DNA from: Desulfatiglandales bacterium
GTDB taxonomy: Bacteria; Desulfobacterota; DSM-4660; Desulfatiglandales; Desulfatiglandaceae
Direction of reading: 5' to 3'
DNA: 64,000 nt
Assembly (NCBI GenBank): GCA_963662465.1
Contig: OY759599.1
Coordinates: 7,008,001 to 7,072,000, forward strand
Below the pieces are notes generated by a model. The model had not been told where the DNA came from. It saw nothing but the letters and a program-made list of their open reading frames with translations, and did no database searches. Positions 1 through 9,008 of the stretch are shown here, in pieces. A program made the translations under genes and the position numbers. Position 1 is the stretch's first letter. Every line of letters starts with the position of its first letter.

Positions 1-1
1 A

Positions 2-436
2 TAAAGGAATTTGGATCGGGTTGACATTTCCTTTGTCGAATTTGAAGAAAATATTCATCCAGTAGTTGATCCTGTTAAGTACAGCTCTGCCAGTGAGAGA
101 CGCAGCGGCTTTTTGAAAGGCCTCTGGATTTTCAACGTCAACAAATGCGTTTTCGCTGAGCCTGTATTTGATGCCTTGTTTGTCGAGCTGGAGTTGAATG
201 GCATTGTGGCCGTTGAAATAGAATTCTGCACGAATTTGAATATGACCATTGAGTTGGTCGGTTAGAATCCTCATTACACCGTTTGACAACCCTTTGAATC
301 CGAGAGCCCTGAGGAGCCTGACAATGCCTGCTGGAGAAAAGAGGGAGAGAATGTAGCCTCGAATAATAACCCGATCGAAGCAGAAATATTTGAACTTGAT
401 ATTTTTTGAGAATTGATTCAAAAATGAGTTCTTCAT
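2..436 (-). CDS. Hypothetical protein running off the left edge (MKNSFLNQFSKNIKFKYFCFDRVIIRGY...FYFNGH...), possibly mobile-element associated
   Basis: Hand translation: ATG at 436 with a GGAGG RBS and no stop before the window edge; absent from the ORF track. Confidence 0.6.
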   Translation of the reverse strand, partial: MKNSFLNQFSKNIKFKYFCFDRVIIRGYILSLFSPAGIVRLLRALGFKGLSNGVMRILTDQLNGHIQIRAEFYFNGHNAIQLQLDKQGIKYRLSENAFVDVENPEAFQKAAASLTGRAVLNRINYWMNIFFKFDKGNVNPIQIPL

Positions 437-742
437 GGGTGTTCCTCCGGTAAGTGAGTGTTGGCTAAACAATCCATACCGGATCGCCCATGAAATTCCA
501 AATCAAAGAAGGGGATTTTAGGCAGGGGGTAAGAGACTTCAGGATGGTCAGATGGGGTCAAGCGCTTCATCAACTTTAATATCCGGGATTTGCCCCGGCC
601 GAAAATATTTAACCATCATGTCATTAGCCCCCTGCCTACAGCCCTTTTCGGAACTTTAGTTTGGTAAACTATCACGGTAATCGGAAAATCGAAAGAAACG
701 CATGAATGCATGGGCGTCCCCCTGCCCCCGGAGCGAGCAAAA

Positions 743-1069
743 ATGGAAAGAGTTGCAGCTGACACTATTGAAAGCAGGTTTTCTTGTATGCCGAATGCAG
801 AGAAAATGTCCGTAATTACCCACGGAGCGGCGTTACTTCTTTCGGAATGGAAAAAGCGCCTTTTCCTTGCGGAAAGCAAAATTCGGCATTTTGAGGACAA
901 ATACCATTCCAGTTTGGCCGATATTGAAGAGAAAGGACTGCCTGACGATGCTGACTTCGAGATGCACGAAGAGTACATTATGTGGCGCCACTGGACGGAC
1001 GCGGCTTCGAAAGCCAGGAAAAGGGTTTCCGATTTAGAGTTCATCGCAGGACAGGGCCTGCACTGGTAA
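743..1069 (+). CDS. Small hypothetical protein, antitoxin-like
   Basis: ORF begins just after the junction motif GGGCGTCCCCC (712-722); acidic C-terminus with EEYIMW; TA context. Confidence 0.45.
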   Translation: MERVAADTIESRFSCMPNAEKMSVITHGAALLLSEWKKRLFLAESKIRHFEDKYHSSLADIEEKGLPDDADFEMHEEYIMWRHWTDAASKARKRVSDLEFIAGQGLHW

Positions 1070-1104
1070 ACCGAGCTATGTTGGCTACTGAACGACTGTT
1101 GGAG

Positions 1105-1263
1105 ATTATCTTAGACGAAATTGAATGGTCACATATCAAGGAAACGCTTCGTCTTTTAGGCGACAAAAAATCATTGGCCGCTTTGGTAGAGTCTCATGCC
1201 ATTCGTGACAGAGGTGGAAGACCTGAAGGGATCGACCCGGAAGACGCCTTCAAAGATGTATAA
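1105..1263 (+). pseudogene. Phd/YefM antitoxin, 5'-truncated copy of 20614-20880
   Basis: Near-identical to sequence from 20722 onward; N-terminus missing. Confidence 0.85.
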
Positions 1264-1429
1264 GATAATCATTGCCAAAAATGCTCAGAAAGATTTATCC
1301 TGGTTTAGAAAGAACGATAGAAGCAGTTATATAAAATGCTTCTATTTGGTGAGAGAGGTCATGCAAAATCCAAGGGGTGGCACAGGAAAACCTGAACGTC
1401 TGAAGTACTTCGAAAAAGAAGTCTGCTGA
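1256..1429 (+). pseudogene. Txe/YoeB toxin, 3'-truncated copy of 20873-21139
   Basis: GTGKPERLK motif; identity to the intact copy ends at 1424, where GCTGAAA repeats begin. Confidence 0.85.
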
Positions 1430-1509
1430 AAGCTGAAAAGATAGGGATGAGGAAAAGCTGTAGACTTGCGAGACAATGTCCCTCATTGGGCACAAGGAGA
1501 TGACGATAT

Positions 1510-1776
1510 ATGCCGAGAATAACTCTTAAAGAAACCATAATCAAAGAAATAGATATTCCAATGGAAGCGTTATATGACCTGATAGACAATCTGTCTCGGG
1601 AAGAACGGGAGAGCGTTTTGAATAGACTGCGAAAAGAACCTGTAAAGCTCAAAGTCTTCCAGAAGGATAAAATTGAATCAATTTTAGGCGATTTTACATC
1701 TACAAATATTTATGAGGATGATTTTCTAACAGATTTAGAAGAAGGTTTAAAAAAATCATCTGTTTATAGCAGATAA
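1510..1776 (+). CDS. Putative antitoxin
   Basis: 88 aa acidic ORF with an AAGGAG RBS, directly upstream of a RelE-like gene. Confidence 0.6.
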   Translation: MPRITLKETIIKEIDIPMEALYDLIDNLSREERESVLNRLRKEPVKLKVFQKDKIESILGDFTSTNIYEDDFLTDLEEGLKKSSVYSR

Positions 1777-1780
1777 CCTC

Positions 1781-2035
1781 ATGCCTTTCATAACCGAACT
1801 TAGAGACGACATTGAGAAATTCATCCAGAAGCACGGCCTTTCAAAGAAATGGGAAAAAGCCAGGAGGCTTTTTGAAAATGATCCCTCGCATCCTTCTCTA
1901 AATATCGAGCTATTGGAACCAAAACATCGGCTGATCTATTCGTTTCGTGTAGACAAAAAATTCAGAGCAATCTTCATCTGTTTGCCCGGCGAGAAAGTGG
2001 AAATAGTCGCAGTAACGAAACATTACCATAAGTGA
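1781..2035 (+). CDS. RelE/ParE-superfamily toxin
   Basis: NDPSHPSL...YSFRVDKKFRAIF...KHY pattern. Confidence 0.75.
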   Translation: MPFITELRDDIEKFIQKHGLSKKWEKARRLFENDPSHPSLNIELLEPKHRLIYSFRVDKKFRAIFICLPGEKVEIVAVTKHYHK

Positions 2036-2079
2036 AAAATGCCGTCGCCATGTCCAAAAACGTGAAGAAAAGGGTCGAA

Positions 2080-2315
2080 AAGATAGGGATGAGGGATGAC
2101 AGAAGGGCTGAGGGATGACAAAAGGGATGAGGGATGAAAGGTGAAAGCTGAAAAAAACAGGAGTGAAAGCTGAAATTAGAGAGGGAGGATGGGGTTTCCG
2201 CATAAGATCTGAAGAAGCGGGAGTTTAGGGATTGAACGAAAAGGGCCAAACGATGAAAGCCAACCCCTCAACCCTGTTATCACTCTCCCCCTTCAGCTTT
2301 CATCCCTCACCCCTG
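2080..2315. repeat. 7-mer short repeats (GGGATGA, GCTGAAA) with a downstream inverted partner (TTCAGC/TCATCCC)
   Basis: Read directly; the same family occurs at about 1425-1452 and 32685-32745. Confidence 0.75.
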
Positions 2316-2370
2316 TCTTTTCAAAGGAAGAAGGGGAGTTAGGTGAATAACCTTGCAAACCTTTCAACAT

Positions 2371-2598
2371 TATGGTGAGGCCCAAAGCGCTGAACCAAGA
2401 GCTGATTTTGTCCATAAAATGCGATTGGCGCTGAAAGAATTAAGAGAAACCAGGATATGGTTACTTATAATCGTGAGGTCTGACTTAATAAAACCTGCAT
2501 CAAAACTTGATGACTTGTTAGATGAAAGTAACCAATTGATCTCGATTTTTGTTAAAAGTATAGGCACTGCCAAAAAGAACAAGGAGAAGACTTCATAA
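2371..2598 (+). pseudogene. Four-helix-bundle (23S rRNA IVP-like) protein, 5'-truncated
   Basis: YGEAQSAE.RADFVHKMRLALKELRET motif; begins directly after the junction ...CCTTTCAACAT. Confidence 0.8.
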
Positions 2599-2696
2599 TT
2601 CGACATTCCCTGTTCAACATTCGACATTAAATCAACCTGTTAGATTAAATACAGCCATTGTCTAAAAAATGTTGCTTTTTTGTATTGCACCCTAAG

Positions 2697-3079
2697 AGGA
2701 AGGGTCGAAAAGGCGCCTACTGGGAAGATCGCTATCATGCGACGGCGATAGAAACAAACAGACATTTGTCTCAGTGTCTTGTTTACATTGACCTCAATAT
2801 GGTTCGTGCAGGAGTCGTAGATCATCCGCCGGACCAAAACCAAGTATTGCAGTAGGCAGTGAATCCTTTGTCGCCGCTACGAAAGAAGCCTTTGGAAACA
2901 AAGGGGAGGGGCGGGAAATTATTGGGGGTGATGGGAGCTATGAACTCCGAGAGACAGCAGCGGCTTACAAGGGCGTTTTTGGGGATGAAAATGCTGCTCT
3001 AAGGGTTCAAAATGAGTATTTCTGGAAAGATTCTCATTGAAAATCAATAAGATGGTGCTTAAATTCTTGGTCCGACCCC
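2697..3079 (+). pseudogene. Remnant of a RAYT-B type transposase plus its 3' end module
   Basis: RKGAYWEDRYHATAIE...YIDLNMVRAGVV is homologous to 10215-10976; ends in GGTCCGACCCC (3069-3079). Confidence 0.8.
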
Positions 3080-3423
3080 AAAGCCCGCCCAGCAGGGCGA
3101 GCATGCCGGATAAACGTAACGATAAGGTGTAGAGTTCATAAAAGGTGAGAAACTCACTGAAAACTGCAAAAAGTCCGCAACGGACTTGATGCTGAATTGC
3201 GCAAAAAATTTTGGACATAGGGTAACTACCTGTTATTACAGGGTTTGCAGTTTTTTGAAGTTTTTTCTTGACAGGAGCATTATAGGATGTCCCCCATTAC
3301 GCATGTAATCCAAGGGGCGGAGCTGTATCAAAAGAAGCTATGGCAATGTGAAACAAACCCCATTAGACACACTGAGGTTCGACCCCAAGAGCATTACATT
3401 CCCATGCATCGTAGGAGGTAAAA

Positions 3424-3663
3424 ATGTTACTGAATTATACTGCAAAATATTCCAAAATCGCTTCTGGCTATATGGGTCAGTTAGTTGAATGGCCTGAAGT
3501 TGTGACTGAAGGCAAGGACATAGAAGACTGCCGCATGATGTTGAGAGATGCCCTTAATGAAATGCTTCTAGCTTATAAGCAACAGAGAAAGGAAATACCC
3601 ATAGGTGGGGCTCTGATTGAGCAAGTTCCAATAGAGGTTCAGGATGTCTATCAAACGGCGTGA
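3424..3663 (+). CDS. hicB: HicB-family antitoxin
   Basis: EWPEVVTEGKDIEDCRMMLRDAL; AGGAGG RBS. Confidence 0.85.
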   Translation: MLLNYTAKYSKIASGYMGQLVEWPEVVTEGKDIEDCRMMLRDALNEMLLAYKQQRKEIPIGGALIEQVPIEVQDVYQTA

Positions 3664-3832
3664 TCTGGTACGATACTTTGAAAAAAATGGATTTTGGCTT
3701 TTGCGGGAGGGTTCAAATCATTCGATATACACAAATGATGTAAAAACCATTCCTGTCAAGAGGCATCGAGCCCTCGACAGAATTACGGCCAATGAACTTT
3801 GCAAACAAGCTGGACTTAAACCAAAATTCTAA
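3644..3832 (+). CDS. hicA: HicA-family toxin
   Basis: LREGSNHSIY...VKRH motif. Confidence 0.85.
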   Translation: MSIKRRDLVRYFEKNGFWLLREGSNHSIYTNDVKTIPVKRHRALDRITANELCKQAGLKPKF

Positions 3833-4029
3833 AACCGCTGTTATTTGGAAAAACAAGCAAAACGCATAAGAGCATAGGACGTCCCCCATGATAAAAGTGC
3901 ATCGCAAATACAGAAAACCTCTCATATTCGTGAAAAGTGACAAGTAACCCCCGAACGCCCCCCCTGGCGCACCCGTAAAAATCCTGTAAAATCATGTAAA
4001 TCCTGTCTAAAAAAAACCACTAATAAATC

Positions 4030-4058
4030 TTGACAACCCCATCGACTTAAATTATACG
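4030..4058 (+). promoter_or_regulatory. Sigma70-like promoter of MarR gene, probably leaderless
   Basis: TTGACA-17 nt-TATACG ending 8 nt before the ATG; the paralog has TTGACA-17-TAGTGT at 14530-14558. Confidence 0.5.
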
Positions 4059-4066
4059 TTCCCCAT

Positions 4067-4456
4067 ATGAACACGGCATACGAACAGGAAATTCGGTACA
4101 AACTCCTGAAACTCCTGTCCGCCGAGTCACATGTATCCCAGCGGGCCATGGCGAAGGAGATGGGCATCAGCCTGGGTAAAACCAACTACGTCCTCTCGGA
4201 ACTGGCGGAAAAAGGCATCATCAAGATGAAACGTCTCAAAAACGCTCCGCAGAAAATACCCTACGTCTACATCCTCACCCCCTGGGGCCTGGAACAGAAA
4301 GCCAGAATCACCGCCCGCTTCCTGAAGCACAAAATGGCCGAATACGAAGCCATCAAAGACCAGATCAAAGACATCACCAAAGAACTCAAAACATTGGAAA
4401 ACCTGCGTAATTCAGACATGCATTTACTGAAAGAAACAGCCAAAATTAACCCCTAA
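4067..4456 (+). CDS. EPS-associated MarR-family transcriptional regulator
   Basis: SQRAMAKEMGISLGKTNY...YILTP.G...K pattern. Confidence 0.85.
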   Translation: MNTAYEQEIRYKLLKLLSAESHVSQRAMAKEMGISLGKTNYVLSELAEKGIIKMKRLKNAPQKIPYVYILTPWGLEQKARITARFLKHKMAEYEAIKDQIKDITKELKTLENLRNSDMHLLKETAKINP

Positions 4457-4658
4457 AACGTAAAACTTAAAACTTAAAACTGCTTTCTGTAACCCAAAGG
4501 GCGGAGCTGTATCCACCTCCCCGCAACAACGACAACAACAAAAGCTTGAGCCCCTTGCTTTATAAATATTTTTTGAGGGAAGACCAGGAACGGATTGCTT
4601 CAATCATGGAAAAGACTGTAAGCCTGTGTTAACAAATTAGACTGGTTTCTACCTTTTT

Positions 4659-4847
4659 ATGCTGAATATTGCGCAACGAAAGACGCTGGTAACGATCTTA
4701 ATCGAAGTAGGCAAGTTTATTATTGTTGGTATGGTTATTGGCTATTTTGTTTCTCCTCGCCCAATTGCCGCAGGAGCGGCTATTGCCGGTGCACTTTTCG
4801 CACTTTGTTGTTTTGTAGTTGCTGTACTCATCAGCAAGGAGGTGTAG
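4659..4847 (+). CDS. Small two-TM membrane protein (copy 1; copy 2 at 27863-28051)
   Basis: Two hydrophobic segments; duplicated. Confidence 0.55.
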   Translation: MLNIAQRKTLVTILIEVGKFIIVGMVIGYFVSPRPIAAGAAIAGALFALCCFVVAVLISKEV

Positions 4848-5341
4848 TATGGATATTATGACATGGATCTTTTTATTTGGCGCCGCCATAGTGCTTGGTG
4901 CCCCTTTACTGGACGCGATCGATATCGAAGGCAAAGTCATTTCAGCTGACGTTGGACTTTTGCTAAATATTTGGTTTCTGGATCATCCGGCAAGACCGGC
5001 GTAGGAATAATGCGGATAATACCAAATAGTACATTGCTTAACATCCAAAGACTTCCAAGGCAAGAAACCTATCCGCGTGTATCTGCGAAAATCTGCATCC
5101 CAATAGAGAAAATGACAGAGCAATGGAACACGATGTTCAGCGGTATTTAACAAAGAAAGTTTGTCACGCTAGTCAACAACGTCCCCTAAGTCCCCTAAAA
5201 ACACCTATTCTTGGAACATAAACACTTCATAATCAATAACTTGGGCGACCCCACGACAAGCTGATACAATCAAAGCTCCCGAAATCGAAACCCAAAAAAA
5301 ACAATCCTGAGCATCCTGAAAATCCTGTCTAAACAAACTAA

Positions 5342-6424
5342 ATGCCTCGCCAACCAAGACTTGACGCTCCCGGCCTTCTTCAACACGTAATGGCGCGGGG
5401 AATAGAACGGCGAAAGATTTTCTTCGACGACAAAGATCGGGAGGCTTTCCTGGAAAGGTTCGCCGGCATCCTCGAAGAAACACAAACCCAGTGCTACGCC
5501 TGGGCCTTGATTCCGAATCATTTTCATCTCCTCTTACGAACAGGTCCTACTCCGCTCAGCAAGGTGATGCGCCGTCTTATGACTGGGTACGCCGTCACCT
5601 TCAACAAAAGACATAAGCGCGCAGGCCATCTCTTTCAGAACCGATATAAATCCGTTGTGTGCGAAGAAGACGCCTATCTTCTGGAACTCATTCGTTACAT
5701 CCATTTGAATCCATTAAGAGCCGGTTTGGTAAAGGATCTTCAAGAACTGGACAAATACCCCTGGGCCGGCCACAGCGCCATCCTTGGCAACCGCAAAAAT
5801 CCGCTTGTTCCACCCGAGGAACCCAACGAACCCAATAAACTCAAAGAACCCAACGAGCCGATGAAGTCTCTTGCTGAGAAGACCATCGAAGACGTCCTCC
5901 TGCATTTCAGTGAAACCGCAAAAGTCGCTCGCCGAAAATACCACGAATTTGTCGAAAAAGGCATCGATCAAGGCAGACGCTCCGAATTCCAAGGGGGCGG
6001 GCTTGTTCGAAGCGCCGGCGGGAAGAAAGCAGGGCTCCTGGGTAGATCGAAAGAAGAAAGAGAGAAGGGGGATACGAGGGTATTGGGGAGCGGCGATTTT
6101 GTGACTGAGGCGTTGAGGCAAGCGGGTGAAGAATGGGAGAAGAGTTACAGGGAGAAAATGCCATTAGAAGAACTGATGAAAACGGTCGCGACCCACTTCG
6201 AAGTAGAGGAAAGTGATTTGAAGTCTTCCAGTAAGAAAAAGCAAGTGGTTGAGGCAAAATCCGCATTCGGGTATCTTGCAATTAAGAAACTGGGGTATTC
6301 AGGACGGGAAGTTGGGAGTTTTTTGAATATGAGAAGTTACAGTGCAATCAGAAGGGCTCAGGAAGGGCAAAAAGTGGTTGACAACCGAGGAGATATGTGT
6401 AAAGTATTGAAAATCATGGAATAG
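5342..6424 (+). CDS. REP-associated tyrosine (Y1/HUH) transposase, RAYT-A, with C-terminal HTH-like extension
   Basis: MPRQPR, HVMARG, PNHFHLL (HUH), GHLFQNRYKS, YIHLNP (catalytic Tyr). Confidence 0.9.
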   Translation: MPRQPRLDAPGLLQHVMARGIERRKIFFDDKDREAFLERFAGILEETQTQCYAWALIPNHFHLLLRTGPTPLSKVMRRLMTGYAVTFNKRHKRAGHLFQNRYKSVVCEEDAYLLELIRYIHLNPLRAGLVKDLQELDKYPWAGHSAILGNRKNPLVPPEEPNEPNKLKEPNEPMKSLAEKTIEDVLLHFSETAKVARRKYHEFVEKGIDQGRRSEFQGGGLVRSAGGKKAGLLGRSKEEREKGDTRVLGSGDFVTEALRQAGEEWEKSYREKMPLEELMKTVATHFEVEESDLKSSSKKKQVVEAKSAFGYLAIKKLGYSGREVGSFLNMRSYSAIRRAQEGQKVVDNRGDMCKVLKIME

Positions 6425-6466
6425 TGGCAACGTCCCCCATACGCAGTGGCAACGTCCCCCATACGC
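6423..6466 (+). repeat. Junction motif A, tandem 22-bp duplication (AGTGGCAACGTCCCCCATACGC) at the RAYT-A stop
   Basis: CAACGTCC also at 5177, 7246, 7561, 7619, 13227, 15836, 15927, 21214, 22123, 22303, 22368, 28322, 31482, 53499, 53557. Confidence 0.9.
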
Positions 6467-6492
6467 ATACGCCCATACGGAGGTTTTCACGC

Positions 6493-6744
6493 ATGGAAAT
6501 GGAATATGTTGGCGAAATCCTGCAGGATGGGCGCCTATCCCTACCGCCGGAGGTAGGAAAAGAGTTTTCAATTGGAGAAAAGGTCTCTGTTCGTTTGCGG
6601 AAAAGGTCTCGGAAAAAAACAAAGGGGCTGTCTCCTCAGGCCAGGGAGTTGATTGAACTGTTTGAACAAGCCCCTGGCAGAGGTGGCTACTGCGGAAAAG
6701 AGATAAACAGGGAATTTATCCATGAAAGAGACAATGTTTTTTGA
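6493..6744 (+). CDS. AbrB-like antitoxin
   Basis: DGRLSLPPEV motif; overlaps the PIN gene. Confidence 0.65.
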   Translation: MEMEYVGEILQDGRLSLPPEVGKEFSIGEKVSVRLRKRSRKKTKGLSPQARELIELFEQAPGRGGYCGKEINREFIHERDNVF

Positions 6745-7234
6745 TTCCAACATCTTTATCTATGCTGCTGATAAAGAATCACGATTTTATGCCGAGTCCG
6801 TTGGAATCCTCAAAGATGGTCTTCAAACAGGCCTGGCTACATGCGATCTGTGCTTTCTTGAATTCTATCAGGTCATCACGGACGGGCGAAAAACACCCAA
6901 TCTTCTACCACCTCAAGACGCCCTGACATATATTAAAAAACTGTGGAATACCCCCGAAATAGACGTTTTTGAGGTCGATATCCCTACCACCTTCTTGGAG
7001 GAAAAAAACCAGGAAGAACTTGTACGATACAACGTAATAAAATACGACATCTACGATTATCTTATTGCTTTGTGCCTTAAAATGAATGGGATAAACCAAA
7101 TTGTCACATTCAACGTAAAGGATTTCCAGAAATATCCCTGGCTGACTGTAGTGGACCCGCGTCGCAGGCCCAGTTCATTTCAAACTTCCGTGATATGCCC
7201 TCTGCCCCCAGATCCCCAAAGCAGTGGAAAATAG
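6722..7234 (+). CDS. PIN-domain (VapC-like) toxin
   Basis: FFDSNIFIY...EFY...IYDYLIA...TFNVKDF. Confidence 0.85.
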   Translation: MKETMFFDSNIFIYAADKESRFYAESVGILKDGLQTGLATCDLCFLEFYQVITDGRKTPNLLPPQDALTYIKKLWNTPEIDVFEVDIPTTFLEEKNQEELVRYNVIKYDIYDYLIALCLKMNGINQIVTFNVKDFQKYPWLTVVDPRRRPSSFQTSVICPLPPDPQSSGK

Positions 7235-7262
7235 TGGAATAGTGGCAACGTCCCCCATTACT

Positions 7263-7372
7263 TAGAAAATGGGATCAACCCGGAATTGATCGAAATGCTC
7301 TTGGACAGTCTGGTAAAAAGTCCTCACCAGGTGTTGGTTACGACTCACAGTCCCTTGATTCTGAACTACCTG
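7263..7372 (+). pseudogene. 110-bp internal fragment of the AAA ATPase gene
   Basis: Reads as identical to 25477-25586; follows motif A. Confidence 0.9.
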
Positions 7373-7751
7373 AGTTGCCAACCAATACGGAGCCAAGAAT
7401 ATTGGACAGGATCAACAAGATTAACCGGATATACGCCCTTCGCGTAGCGAATGTAGTATTTTCAATTTCTTCTCTCCGAGGCGTGGGCAAGAAATTGGAA
7501 ATGTAAACAAAAAAATCCTGAAAATCCTGTGAATCCTGTCTAAAAAAGTAACAAAAGCACCAACGTCCCCCATTACATGCCCTTGACGGTTAGAGAGGTA
7601 ACAACCTTACAAACCTGCCAACGTCCCTTATTATTTTTTTCTGCTCTGTGCCGTAATGTTCGATGCGTATATTTCGGACTATCTTCTTGCATTTCTCGGG
7701 TTAACTGGTAGTATGTCTCGGGTTTATTAACGTTAACCGAGGTGAAAACTT

Positions 7752-9008
7752 ATGTATAAAAGGGATGCAGAACAGCTTCTTGTTGAATTGCTTGCCGACT
7801 TCCGTATTGTGTACCTTACCGGACCACGGCAATCCGGAAAGACCACACTTGCAAAAAGGCTTGCGGAGAAACTGGGGATGAAATATGTAACCCTGGATGA
7901 TCAGGCGGTTCTGGCAACAATAAATAATGACCCACATGGCTATATCCGCTCGCTGGCAGGACAGCAGATCGTTCTCGATGAATTTCAGTATGCGGAGGGA
8001 CTGATTCCGGCAATCAAGGAGGCTTCTGATGCATTGGTTGAGGGGGAGAGAGGTAAATTTCTGCTTACCGGATCAGCTGATATCTTTCGATCCGCAAAAA
8101 CACAGGAGGCATTACCGGGTCACCTGGCAAGAGTTGAACTGTATCCGCTCTCTTTGGCGGAAATCAAGGCGAATTCATTCAACCTGATTGACTATCTTGC
8201 TGAGGGGGGATTCAAGTCTATATCAAGACCATCACCGCCTCGTGATGAAATTGCCCAACTGTTGATTTGTGGAGGTTATCCGGAGGTACAAGATAAAAAA
8301 AACAGGCGGTCGCGTCAAACATGGTTCAAATCGTACATTGAAGGACGCCTTTTGAAGGATTTTGAAAGCTTGTACGCTGCTCGTGGGGATTATCGTTCCA
8401 AACTTTCGTCCCTGGTGACGCGTTTAGCCGGGTTAAGTGGTAATCTGTTGAAGAATGCGAGTATTGCAAATGACCTGGGACTCGATGATAAGCTGGTGAA
8501 ATCCTATGTGGAAATCCTGGAATTAATGTTTATCGTCAAACGTCTTCCCGCTTATGTCAAAAATGCGGCAAAACGAACTGTTATTGGTATGCCTAAAGTA
8601 CAGTTCGTCGATACCGGTCTCGCCTGTTACCTCCTGGGTCTGCGCCGGATCGAAGCGTTACGCCATTCACAATTTTATGGCGGGTTATTCGAAACTTATG
8701 TGTTTATGGAGTGTTGCAAACATAAGACCTGGGCCGAAGAAGATGTCAGGCTGTATCATTTTCGGGATAAACGGAAAAATGAAGTGGACCTGGTACTCGA
8801 GAAAAGTGATTCAAGGGTTATCGGAGTGGAGGTTAAAGCATCGGCAACAGTCAGAGAGAGTGATTTTAAGGGACTGATAAAACTATCTGATTATGCGGGG
8901 CAACATTTTCAGCATGGGGTTTTGTTGTATACCGGCAATGAAATCTTACCATTCAAGCAGAAGGACAGAGAGTTTCATGCCATTCCGTTTTCCATATTAG
9001 AGGGCTGA
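7752..9008 (+). CDS. AAA_14 + DUF4143 ATP-binding protein
   Basis: GPRQSGKT, LDEFQ, LLTGS, GGYPE, EVDLV..EVK motifs. Confidence 0.9.
   Translation: MYKRDAEQLLVELLADFRIVYLTGPRQSGKTTLAKRLAEKLGMKYVTLDDQAVLATINNDPHGYIRSLAGQQIVLDEFQYAEGLIPAIKEASDALVEGERGKFLLTGSADIFRSAKTQEALPGHLARVELYPLSLAEIKANSFNLIDYLAEGGFKSISRPSPPRDEIAQLLICGGYPEVQDKKNRRSRQTWFKSYIEGRLLKDFESLYAARGDYRSKLSSLVTRLAGLSGNLLKNASIANDLGLDDKLVKSYVEILELMFIVKRLPAYVKNAAKRTVIGMPKVQFVDTGLACYLLGLRRIEALRHSQFYGGLFETYVFMECCKHKTWAEEDVRLYHFRDKRKNEVDLVLEKSDSRVIGVEVKASATVRESDFKGLIKLSDYAGQHFQHGVLLYTGNEILPFKQKDREFHAIPFSILEG

Noticed and set aside
3268..3290. Sigma70 promoter TTGACA...TATAGG in a junction module
   Set aside because: The spacer is only about 7 nt
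7263..7372. Diversity-generating retroelement template/variable repeat
   Set aside because: The copies read as identical with no A-specific mismatches, and there is no reverse transcriptase in the window
6423..7630. CRISPR array from recurring CAACGTCCCCCAT
   Set aside because: The repeat is too short, spacing ranges from 22 bp to kilobases, and no cas genes are present
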